From positions 1,504,001 through 1,568,000 of the forward strand of contig CBDCWI010000002.1 of the NCBI GenBank assembly GCA_965223325.1: a stretch of DNA of 64,000 bases. Direction: 5' to 3'. Origin of the DNA: Candidatus Multivoradales bacterium. Lineage in GTDB: Bacteria > Acidobacteriota > Thermoanaerobaculia > Multivoradales > Multivoraceae. The first letter of the stretch is position 1. Each line of letters starts with the position of its first letter. Made by a program: the position numbers and the translations under genes. Of the stretch, positions 18,839 through 27,172 are shown one piece after another. The notes beneath the pieces were generated by a model. That model was not told the DNA's origin. It searched no databases and was given only the letters and a program-made list of their open reading frames with translations.

Positions 18839-20839
18839 TTACTCAGGCAGTCGATAGGCGACGAGTTCCTGCTTGCCGCCACGCTTGCCAACCGGAACCA
18901 CGATCGTCTGCACGCCGCCCTGCATGTAGGTCATTGGCCCACCGCCCGGAACGTCGGGCAGCTCGATCTTGGCGAGTTGTTCGCCGGTGTGTTTGTCGAA
19001 CGCCATCAGGTAACCAGTCGCAGGACCGCGTGCATCGAGAGTCTTGGCAACCGACTGCACCACGAAGACCAGGGTCTTGGTCACCATCGGCCAGCCCGGC
19101 GACAAGCCCGACATCGGCCAGGCTCCGAGCGTGTCGGGATCGATGCCCAGGAGAGCGGGATGATCGCGTGGCCCGGTTCCCAGCGGCACCTGGAAGTGCA
19201 AGGTGCCTTGTCGTAGGTCGATGGCGGTCAGCCGAGCCCAGGGGGGCTTGACCATCGGCAGACCCTGCGGGCCCGAAGCATCGGCAAACTTGGGCAGAAA
19301 GTCGCGATCGGACTTCTGGCGGCCGCTGGGCGGAACCAGGGACATCGAGCCGACGCGGGTCTGCGAGGGCACATACAAGAGGTCAGTCTCCGGATCGTAG
19401 GCCGCACCACCCCAGTTCGCACCGCCGGCCTGGCCAGGCAGCTGCACCATCGCCTTCTTGTCGTTCGCGCCAGCGACGATCGGCGGTGTGAAGAGTGGGC
19501 CACCCTGAAAGCCCCTCCAGATCTCGAGCGCCTCCCTATGGAGTTCAGGGGTCAGGTCGAGCAGATCGTCTTCAGTAACGCCCTGACGGTCGAACGGCGG
19601 TGGCTTGGTGGGAAAGGGCTGCGTCTTGGCAGTCCACTCTCCCGGCACCGAGCTCTCCGCGACCGGCCGGTCCTCGATCGGCCACAGCGGGGCACCGGTT
19701 GCGCGATCGAAGACATAGGTGAAGCCCTGCTTGCTGACCTGTGCGACCGCCTTGATCGTGCGACCGTCGATCTCGAGATCGACCAGGTTGGGGGCACAGG
19801 GAAAGTCGTAGTCCCACAGGCCGTGGCGCACCGCCTGGAAGTGCCAGACGCGCTCCCCGGTCTCGGCGTTGAGCGCTACCAGGCTCTCCGCAAACAGGTT
19901 GTCGCCGTGACGGTGACCGCCGTAGTAGTCGCTGGTCGGCGTGCCGATCGGTAGATACACATAGCCGAGCTCCTCGTCGCAGCTCATCATCGACCAGACG
20001 TTGGTGTTGCCGGAGTAGCGCCAGGACTCGTCGTGCCAGGTTTCGCTGCCGAACTCACCTTCTTGCGGCACGGTGTGAAAGACCCACTTCTTCTCGCCGG
20101 TGCGAATGTCGTAACCCCTGACATGCCCTACCGGCATCTCCTTCGTCAGGCCAAAGTCGTTGATCGTCATCCCCATGATGACCGTCGTGCCGCATACGAT
20201 CGCCGGCGAGTTGAGGCCGGTGTTGCCGAGCGCCTTCGCCGGTGCGACGTCGGCGCGCATGTCGACGATGCCCTTGTCGCCGAACTCGGGATCGGGCTTG
20301 CCGGTTGCAGGATCGATCGACACCAGCTGATGTACGCCGGTGACCAGGGCGATGCGCTGCCAGTCGTCATGGCTCCAGAACTCGAGACCACGCTGGGTGA
20401 AACCTCCGTGCGTGGGTGTTCCGAGCTCGTAGGCACGCGGGTCGTAGCGCCAGAGCTCGACCCCCGTCTGCGCGTCGACCGCGGTCACCAGGTTGAGCGA
20501 AGAAATGGCATAGAGCACCCCGTCGACCATCAAAGGGGTGCCCTTGAGATTGCCTGCGGGTGCCTTGGTCTCGACTTCGCGGTCCGGGGTCTCGTAGCGC
20601 CAGGCGACCTCGAGAGTCGCGACATTGTCGCCGTTGATCTGTCCGGCTGGCGAATACTTGCTCGAATGGCGATCCGCCGCGTAGTGACGCCATTCGATCG
20701 TCTGCCCGTCGTCGTCTGCGGAAGGTCCTTCGGACTCACCCTGCTGGCCCAGCAATCCAGCACCCGCGACCAGGCCGACCAACACGACGAGTGCGAGGGT
20801 CCTACGGGCGACGGGCTGGTGCATGAGGTCTAAGGTCAT
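18839..20839 (-). CDS. PQQ-dependent (quinoprotein glucose/sorbosone-type) dehydrogenase
   Basis: Signal peptide; KYSPAGQIN, TPLMVDGVLY, YYGGHRHGDNLFAESLVAL, WHFQAVRHGLWDYD, GGANWGG. Confidence 0.9.
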   Translation of the reverse strand: MTLDLMHQPVARRTLALVVLVGLVAGAGLLGQQGESEGPSADDDGQTIEWRHYAADRHSSKYSPAGQINGDNVATLEVAWRYETPDREVETKAPAGNLKGTPLMVDGVLYAISSLNLVTAVDAQTGVELWRYDPRAYELGTPTHGGFTQRGLEFWSHDDWQRIALVTGVHQLVSIDPATGKPDPEFGDKGIVDMRADVAPAKALGNTGLNSPAIVCGTTVIMGMTINDFGLTKEMPVGHVRGYDIRTGEKKWVFHTVPQEGEFGSETWHDESWRYSGNTNVWSMMSCDEELGYVYLPIGTPTSDYYGGHRHGDNLFAESLVALNAETGERVWHFQAVRHGLWDYDFPCAPNLVDLEIDGRTIKAVAQVSKQGFTYVFDRATGAPLWPIEDRPVAESSVPGEWTAKTQPFPTKPPPFDRQGVTEDDLLDLTPELHREALEIWRGFQGGPLFTPPIVAGANDKKAMVQLPGQAGGANWGGAAYDPETDLLYVPSQTRVGSMSLVPPSGRQKSDRDFLPKFADASGPQGLPMVKPPWARLTAIDLRQGTLHFQVPLGTGPRDHPALLGIDPDTLGAWPMSGLSPGWPMVTKTLVFVVQSVAKTLDARGPATGYLMAFDKHTGEQLAKIELPDVPGGGPMTYMQGGVQTIVVPVGKRGGKQELVAYRLPE

Positions 20840-21068
20840 CGTTCTGGTGCCCTTCTTGTTCTGTTCGGGACGCTCCGTGGGGCACGGTCCGTTGGTTTTT
20901 CGCGTTGGTCTCGGTCGTGGGGCTCGGTCTGTGGGCCTCTGCCCGTTGGGCGCGTTGGGTGTCCCGCCAGTGTAGCGCCACCCCGCTGCCACGACTCGAA
21001 AGACGCGGTAGGCTCCAGGCTCCGTATCCACAACAAGGTTTCATTCGCTCCCGCGGAGGTCTCGCACG

Positions 21069-21980
21069 ATGCCTTTCTTCACCCACCGTTCGTTCGTTGC
21101 CATCGCCGCTCTTTTGGTCGGCCTTCTTTTGCCCGTCGCGGGCTTCACCCAGAACCCCGCGAACATCAAGCTGTCGACGACCAAGCTCAACGACCACCTC
21201 TACATGATCGAGCCCACCCCGCCGATGGCGGGAAACCTGGCGGTGTCGGCCGGGGCCGACGGCATTCTCCTGGTCGACGACCAGATGATGGAGGTGGCGC
21301 CAGCCATCCGTGCCGCGATCGCTGAAATCCAGGAAGGCGAAGTCGAGTTCCTGGTCAACACCCATTGGCACTTCGACCACGCTGGCGGCAACGCGGCGTT
21401 CGGGCTCGAGGCGGCGATTCTCGCCCACGAGAACGTGCGCGAGCGTCTGCTCACCGGATCGGCCGAGGGCAGCCGGTTTCCCGTTCCGCCGGCGCCCGCC
21501 GAAGCACTTCCAGTGCTCACCTACAGGGAGGGCGTTACCCTGCACTGGAACGGCGAACGCGTCGACATCGTGCACCTTCCGCCGGCACACACCGACGGTG
21601 ACTCGATCATCATCTTCCGCGACTCGAACGTCGTGCACATGGGCGATCTCTTCTTCAATACCGGCGGCTTTCCGTTTGCCGACCTCGAGAGTGGCGGCAA
21701 CGCCCTCGGCGTGCGCGACAATGTCAAGACGGTGCTGGAAATGGTCGACGATGAGGTCCGGATCATCCCCGGCCATGGACCTCTTGCAAGCAAGGCCGAT
21801 CTCGAGCGCTATCACGACGTGCTCGACATGACGATCAACCACGTCAGTGCCGCTGCCAACGCCGGCAAGAGCCTCGAGGAGATCACCGCCGCTGGCCTGC
21901 CCGAAGAGTTCAAGAGCTACGGCACTGGCGGGTTCATTCCCGAGGCGGCCTGGATTCAGTTCGTCTTCGACAGCATGTAG
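21069..21980 (+). CDS. Secreted MBL-fold metallohydrolase (cyclase-like)
   Basis: Signal peptide; THWHFDHAGGN, HTDGD, HMGD, PGHG. Confidence 0.9.
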   Translation: MPFFTHRSFVAIAALLVGLLLPVAGFTQNPANIKLSTTKLNDHLYMIEPTPPMAGNLAVSAGADGILLVDDQMMEVAPAIRAAIAEIQEGEVEFLVNTHWHFDHAGGNAAFGLEAAILAHENVRERLLTGSAEGSRFPVPPAPAEALPVLTYREGVTLHWNGERVDIVHLPPAHTDGDSIIIFRDSNVVHMGDLFFNTGGFPFADLESGGNALGVRDNVKTVLEMVDDEVRIIPGHGPLASKADLERYHDVLDMTINHVSAAANAGKSLEEITAAGLPEEFKSYGTGGFIPEAAWIQFVFDSM

Positions 21981-22007
21981 AAATGACGGAGGCAGCCAAC
22001 CGGCCGC

Positions 22008-22745
22008 TCAACCCGCCGGAGAAGAGCGGCGCTGGGTCTCGAGGAGCTGAGGCAGCTTGCGATGGAGAAGGCGCATCCGAACAACGTCCCAGAACATCTT
22101 GATCGGGTCGACGACGAGGTGAACGCGGGATGCCTCGACATGCTGCCAGGGCACGCCGATCTCAGCGATCTGACAGCCCGACCGTTGCGCTAGCCAGGTG
22201 AACTCGACATCGTAGGCGAAACCGTCGATCTTCATCCAGCTGAAGATCTCGCGGGCGAGATCCCCGTCGAGCAGCTTGAAGCCGCACTGGGTGTCCCGGA
22301 TCTCCGAAACCCCGAGGGCCTGGATGATCTTGTTGAAGGTCTTACCAAGCGACTCGCGATACCAAGGCTGCCGTTCCCGAATGTCCGAGGCGTCCACGGC
22401 CCGACTGCCGTAGACGAACGGTGCGTCGTCACTGTGCGCTTCGAGCAGCTCGAGGGCCTCGATGGGAGTCGCCAGGTCGGCATCCGAGATCAGTACCAGG
22501 CGGCCGACACTCGCGGCTACGCCGGTTCGCACCGCGGCGCCTTTGCCGCGGTTCTCGGAACAGGCGATCACACGCACCCCATACTCTCTAGCAACTTCTG
22601 CCGTGCCGTCACTCGAGCCATCGTCGACAACGATCACTTCCCACGCGCCCTCGCGCCCTTTGAGGTAATGGTTGATCCTCTCGAGCGTTGCCGGCAGTCG
22701 CTCGCTCTCGTTGTACGCCGGGATGACAACCGATAGCCAGGTCAT
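22008..22745 (-). CDS. GT2 dolichyl-phosphate beta-glucosyltransferase-like protein
   Basis: VIPAYNE, DDGSSDGT, NRGKGAAVRTG, DADLATP, DTQCGFK. Confidence 0.9.
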   Translation of the reverse strand: MTWLSVVIPAYNESERLPATLERINHYLKGREGAWEVIVVDDGSSDGTAEVAREYGVRVIACSENRGKGAAVRTGVAASVGRLVLISDADLATPIEALELLEAHSDDAPFVYGSRAVDASDIRERQPWYRESLGKTFNKIIQALGVSEIRDTQCGFKLLDGDLAREIFSWMKIDGFAYDVEFTWLAQRSGCQIAEIGVPWQHVEASRVHLVVDPIKMFWDVVRMRLLHRKLPQLLETQRRSSPAG

Positions 22746-23815
22746 GACGAGGGTCCAGACGGGGCGTCGTTGTGTGCGTCCTTCAGCGTCTCGAGTTCAC
22801 TTCGCCATGCGCCCCCTCGGACCCACTCGAGGGCTTCGATCGCCGACCGGGTTGCCGCCTCCTTCGAATAGCGCGACGCGACCTCGAACCCCTTCTCACG
22901 TCGGCTTCGCCAGGCGCCTGCGTCACTCAGCAATTCGGCGGCCGCGACCGCAAATGCGGCAGGCGCGTCGTGCGGCACGAGAACCGCCGCATCGCGCGCG
23001 AAGTCACGAAAGGACGAAATATCGGACGCGATGACCGGTACCCCGGCCGCCATCGCTTCGAGGACCGGCAGGCCAAAACCCTCCTGCTCCCACGACGGCG
23101 CCAGCATGAGATCGGCGCTTTGGATGACCGACGCAGCTTCGGCCGGCGGCACGTTGCAGTGAAACTCATCGGCGATCACCAGGGCGGCTTCCTTTTCGGT
23201 CACCTCCCACTGCGACAGCCGCACCAGCTCACACTCGACGCCGCGGCGCCGCAGCTCCAAAACGGCCTGCAGTGCGGTCGAGACGCCCTTCCAGTCGATC
23301 TCCCATGGCCCGACCACGACGATGCGTGGGGGCCGCCCCGGGCCACCCTCGCCCAGCGGTTCTAGAGGCTGCCAGAAGTCTTCGAGCGGCTGCAGGACCA
23401 CCCGTGCCGGGCGCTTGAAACGCTCGCGCAGAAGATCGACGAGATGGGGTGCCACGCACATTCCGGGCAGCGGTTGGCGGTAGCTCGCCCGAATCTGCTC
23501 GTGCTGATCCTGGTTGTGGGTGTAGCTGGCCTCGAAGCCCTGGCAGTAGTGAACCACCTCACCAGCGGCACATTGCTGGGCCGGCAGAATCGTGGTCCAG
23601 AAAGTCGCCACCAGAACGTCGACTTCCGGCACGCGCTCGGCCTCGAAGGCCGGGACCTGGACGAACGCAGCATCGAGTGTCATCCAATTCGGGCAGACAC
23701 CCTTAGACACCACCGTCACGTCCAGGCCAGCAGCCGCCAGGAGGTTCGCTTGTTCGAGGACGACTTTGACGCCGCCGAACAGCACCGTATCTTCGAGTAG
23801 ATAGCAGACTCGCAT
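22742..23815 (-). CDS. Glycosyltransferase family 4
   Basis: GGVKVV, ATFWTT, WKG, EGFGLPVLEAMAAG; ATG 23815; stop overlaps the GT2 start. Confidence 0.9.
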   Translation of the reverse strand: MRVCYLLEDTVLFGGVKVVLEQANLLAAAGLDVTVVSKGVCPNWMTLDAAFVQVPAFEAERVPEVDVLVATFWTTILPAQQCAAGEVVHYCQGFEASYTHNQDQHEQIRASYRQPLPGMCVAPHLVDLLRERFKRPARVVLQPLEDFWQPLEPLGEGGPGRPPRIVVVGPWEIDWKGVSTALQAVLELRRRGVECELVRLSQWEVTEKEAALVIADEFHCNVPPAEAASVIQSADLMLAPSWEQEGFGLPVLEAMAAGVPVIASDISSFRDFARDAAVLVPHDAPAAFAVAAAELLSDAGAWRSRREKGFEVASRYSKEAATRSAIEALEWVRGGAWRSELETLKDAHNDAPSGPSS

Positions 23816-23850
23816 GCCGAGAAGGTGCCTGGGGAATCGCCCGGAGGAGC

Positions 23851-24996
23851 TCAGCGCCTGAGTGCGTGCGCACAGTTGTTGCACAGGAACCGATCGGGCA
23901 GCGCTTCGAGACCATAGACCTGGCGCCGCGCCCTGGCCATCGCCTCCGACACCAGCACCTCGCGCACCGTCTGAATCTCGAGGTCGCCGACCTCGAACTT
24001 CTCGTGGTAATCCTGGCAACACAGGATGCACTTCGCTTTCGGGGTGATGTGCAGGTGCTGGATCGGGCGTGATCCCATGTAGTCGCAACCGCGCAGCTTG
24101 GCCTGCGGTTCGCCGGCGGCGACACCGACGTCGAGGTAGCCGGCGCGGTCATTGACGACGAAGTACTGCGCCGAGAAGCGTGAGCCACGAAAGCGCTCGC
24201 TGATCGCTTCGAAATCGGCCTTGTGCACTTCGTCGCCAGTACCCAGGACGACGATATCCATGCGCTCTGCGACCGGCTTGTCCTTGGCGTAGTCGAGGTT
24301 GCGCAACACCAGGTCGAGGTGATCCTGGCCGCGATCCTTCTGGTAGCGCGCGCGATCGAGGGTCGAGAGGTTGATCGAGAGAAAGCGCAGGCCGCCGATC
24401 TCGAGCAGTTGGTCGACTCGCTTGGGCTGCAGGCCGGTACCGTTGGTGAGCGTCGCAGGCGGTAACCCGAACTCCCGTAGCGTCCTCACCCGCGCGATGA
24501 AGTGGGGATCGGCCGTCGGTTCGTTGTAGCTGATCATGAACACTGCTTCGATCGGCTCGCCGAGATCGGCTAGCTGCGAAACGATGCCGCGGTAGGTCTC
24601 CATCGGCATGACGTAGGCGTCACGCGGCGCCACCGAAACCGGGCAGAAGTAGCACGACTGGTTGCAGGCCGTGGTCGCTTCGAGCGAGATGTACTTGAGG
24701 CGGTACTGGAAGGCGAGCGCATCGGGCTCACGCGTGATCCAACCCGCTTCTGCCAGTGGCCGGTGGACCTCGGGCAGCTCCTCGATGCCCGCCGCCGCGT
24801 CCGGCACCAAGTTCCAGACCAACTCGAATCCCGGCTCGCCCTCTTTGAGGAAGAGATCGGTGTGCGGGTTGTAGAGCGCGTTGGGCCCGATGTGCAGATA
24901 CGGACTGGCAACCCAGCTCCCTGGTGGAACGGCCGCCCGCTGGCCCGGCGAAACCTCGGCCGGCGCGGGGCTTTGTACTGAGTCTTTGGTGGTCAC
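23851..24996 (-). CDS. Radical SAM protein with C-terminal SPASM/twitch domain
   Basis: CNQSCYFC, YNEP, TNGT, C-terminal C...CC...CxxC. Confidence 0.88.
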   Translation of the reverse strand: MTTKDSVQSPAPAEVSPGQRAAVPPGSWVASPYLHIGPNALYNPHTDLFLKEGEPGFELVWNLVPDAAAGIEELPEVHRPLAEAGWITREPDALAFQYRLKYISLEATTACNQSCYFCPVSVAPRDAYVMPMETYRGIVSQLADLGEPIEAVFMISYNEPTADPHFIARVRTLREFGLPPATLTNGTGLQPKRVDQLLEIGGLRFLSINLSTLDRARYQKDRGQDHLDLVLRNLDYAKDKPVAERMDIVVLGTGDEVHKADFEAISERFRGSRFSAQYFVVNDRAGYLDVGVAAGEPQAKLRGCDYMGSRPIQHLHITPKAKCILCCQDYHEKFEVGDLEIQTVREVLVSEAMARARRQVYGLEALPDRFLCNNCAHALRR

Positions 24997-25048
24997 AACG
25001 AGAGTGACCCTAACAGGCCGCGGGGCACCAGGAGCCCGGGGCTCGAAC

Positions 25049-26287
25049 TCAACCCCGAGGCGGCTCGCGCCACTCTAGAAGCTCAAAGTGCGACTCCACT
25101 TCGAGCATGCCAATGCGGTACTCCTCGACTTCGAGTTCGAGCGCGCCCGGGATGATCTTCTGGTCGTAGACATGCAGGCAGGCCTGGTCGAGAAGAAAGG
25201 CGTAGGCGGTGAAGCTGCCTTGTAGGAGCGGCAGTTTCGGCACCTCGAGACGAACCCGGTACCGGCTCTTGCCGGTCAGCTCGAAGGAACTCTGACGGGT
25301 GTCGAGCGACAGCACCTGAACGCCGTCTTTTCGGTCGAGACCAATCCCGACCTGGTAGCGCGTCTGCGGTTCCTCAGTAGAGAACGACACATCGATCTGC
25401 AGGGTTGACGCGCCCCCGCGCTCCTGGCTCTCGATCGAGACGTCGTCGATACGTGCCGAGGTTCCCATCCGGGGGGCCGGATAACGTTCCGGTTCACTGT
25501 GCGCCGCGCTGCCCTCGGTAAGACCCGCCTCAGCCGAACGCTCCTGAAGGAAACTTTCGTACTCGGCGACCACCTCGCGCGCCTGGCCCGACGACACCAC
25601 ACGCCCCTCACGAATCCAGATCGCCTTCTGACAAAACGCCGAGAGGTAGTACATCGCATGGGTACAGAACAGAAGCGTCGTTCCCGCTTCGACCAACTGC
25701 ACCATGCGGTCCATGCACTTCTTCTGAAAGTACCCGTCGCCGACCGAGAGCGCCTCGTCGACGATCAACACATCGGGGTCGACTTCGGTGGCGATCGAAA
25801 ACGCCAGACGCATCGCCATGCCGGTGGAATAGGTCTTGACCGGGCGATCGATGAAGTCAAAAAGCTCGCTGAAGGCGAGGATCTCGGGCAGGCGCTCGCT
25901 GACTCGCTCTTCGCTCAGACCGAGCAGGGCGGCGTTGATACGCACATTCTGACGACCGGTGAACTCGGGATGAAAGCCCGAACCGAGTTCGAGGATCGAC
26001 GCAATCCGGCCGTTGACCGTCACCGAGCCCCGGGTGGGTTTCGACACTCCACCGACGATCTTGAGCAGCGTGCTCTTGCCGGCCCCGTTCTCACCGATGA
26101 TGCCGAGGCTCTCGCCGCGGGCGAGCTCGAAGGAAACCCCGGCGAGCGCTTCGAAGGCGGTGTGGCGTGTGCCGAAACCGAACCACTCGAGAAACCGGTC
26201 GAGCGGCCGCGCGTAGACCTTGTAGGTCTTGCCAAGGTTAGAAACCGTCACGATCGGGGGCTGAGCGCCGCTGCCAGGAACACTCAT
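25049..26287 (-). CDS. wzt: Polysaccharide ABC exporter ATP-binding subunit with Wzt C-terminal domain
   Basis: Walker A GENGAGKST, YSTGMAMRLAF signature, DEALSVGD, extra C-terminal beta domain. Confidence 0.9.
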   Translation of the reverse strand: MSVPGSGAQPPIVTVSNLGKTYKVYARPLDRFLEWFGFGTRHTAFEALAGVSFELARGESLGIIGENGAGKSTLLKIVGGVSKPTRGSVTVNGRIASILELGSGFHPEFTGRQNVRINAALLGLSEERVSERLPEILAFSELFDFIDRPVKTYSTGMAMRLAFSIATEVDPDVLIVDEALSVGDGYFQKKCMDRMVQLVEAGTTLLFCTHAMYYLSAFCQKAIWIREGRVVSSGQAREVVAEYESFLQERSAEAGLTEGSAAHSEPERYPAPRMGTSARIDDVSIESQERGGASTLQIDVSFSTEEPQTRYQVGIGLDRKDGVQVLSLDTRQSSFELTGKSRYRVRLEVPKLPLLQGSFTAYAFLLDQACLHVYDQKIIPGALELEVEEYRIGMLEVESHFELLEWREPPRG

Positions 26288-27057
26288 CAGAGCTCATCCG
26301 CAAACGAAGAATTGAGACGCCGGAAGGCTGCCACTCCGGCGACCAGGAGAACCACCGCACCAATCACCAGCGACAGATAGTTCTCGAGCGGCCCCAGCCG
26401 ACCACCGAGGAACGCCGAGCGGTAGAGCTCGACGAGCGGCGTGAGCGGGTTCCAACCGAGGATCCGACGCACGTTCTCGGGAATGCCCGACATCGGGAAA
26501 ACGATCGGTGTGAAGTAGAACCAACCGGTCATCAACATGGTCACGAACTGTGCGGTGTCACGGAAGAACACATGCAGCGCCGCCACCAACAGACTGAGAC
26601 CGAGGGTCAACGCCAACTGCAACGGCAGCGCCAGGGCCAGCAGGTAGATGCCCGAGAGTGCCAGCTCCCCGGTGACGACGAGCGCCCCGACGAAAACCCC
26701 CGCCGCGATCGCACTGTGGATGAAGGCGCCGATGGTGATCGATAGAACCAGCAGTTCAGCCGGAAAGCGCACCATCTTGACCAGCGCGCTGTTGTCGACG
26801 ATCGCAGTGGCCGAGCGGGTGACGCCCTCGTTGATCGCCAGCCAGGGGATCAGACCCGCAAAGAGAAAGATCGCGAAGCTCTGCGTAAGCTCCCCCGAAA
26901 GGTCGAACTTGATGATCACCTGGAAAATCCAGGTGAACAAGAGCAACTGCCAGAGCGGCTGCAAGAGCGACCAGAAGAAGCCGCCCACCGAACCGGCGTA
27001 GCGGCTGCCGAGGTCGCGCTTGACCATCTCGCGCAGCAGGAACAGATGTGACTTCAA
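26287..27057 (-). CDS. wzm: Polysaccharide ABC exporter permease
   Basis: RYAGSVGGFFWSLLQP, FFRD, FYFTPIVFP, NPL, about 6 TM. Confidence 0.9.
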   Translation of the reverse strand: MKSHLFLLREMVKRDLGSRYAGSVGGFFWSLLQPLWQLLLFTWIFQVIIKFDLSGELTQSFAIFLFAGLIPWLAINEGVTRSATAIVDNSALVKMVRFPAELLVLSITIGAFIHSAIAAGVFVGALVVTGELALSGIYLLALALPLQLALTLGLSLLVAALHVFFRDTAQFVTMLMTGWFYFTPIVFPMSGIPENVRRILGWNPLTPLVELYRSAFLGGRLGPLENYLSLVIGAVVLLVAGVAAFRRLNSSFADEL

Positions 27058-27172
27058 ACGGGCTTCTCTGCGATTTTCAGATCGCGGTTTCGAGAGAGGG
27101 TTTGTCCGCTGGAGGATATGCCACAGATCCCTCGGGCTTGAGAGCCCGGGCGCCGCCGCCTACCCCGGCGCG

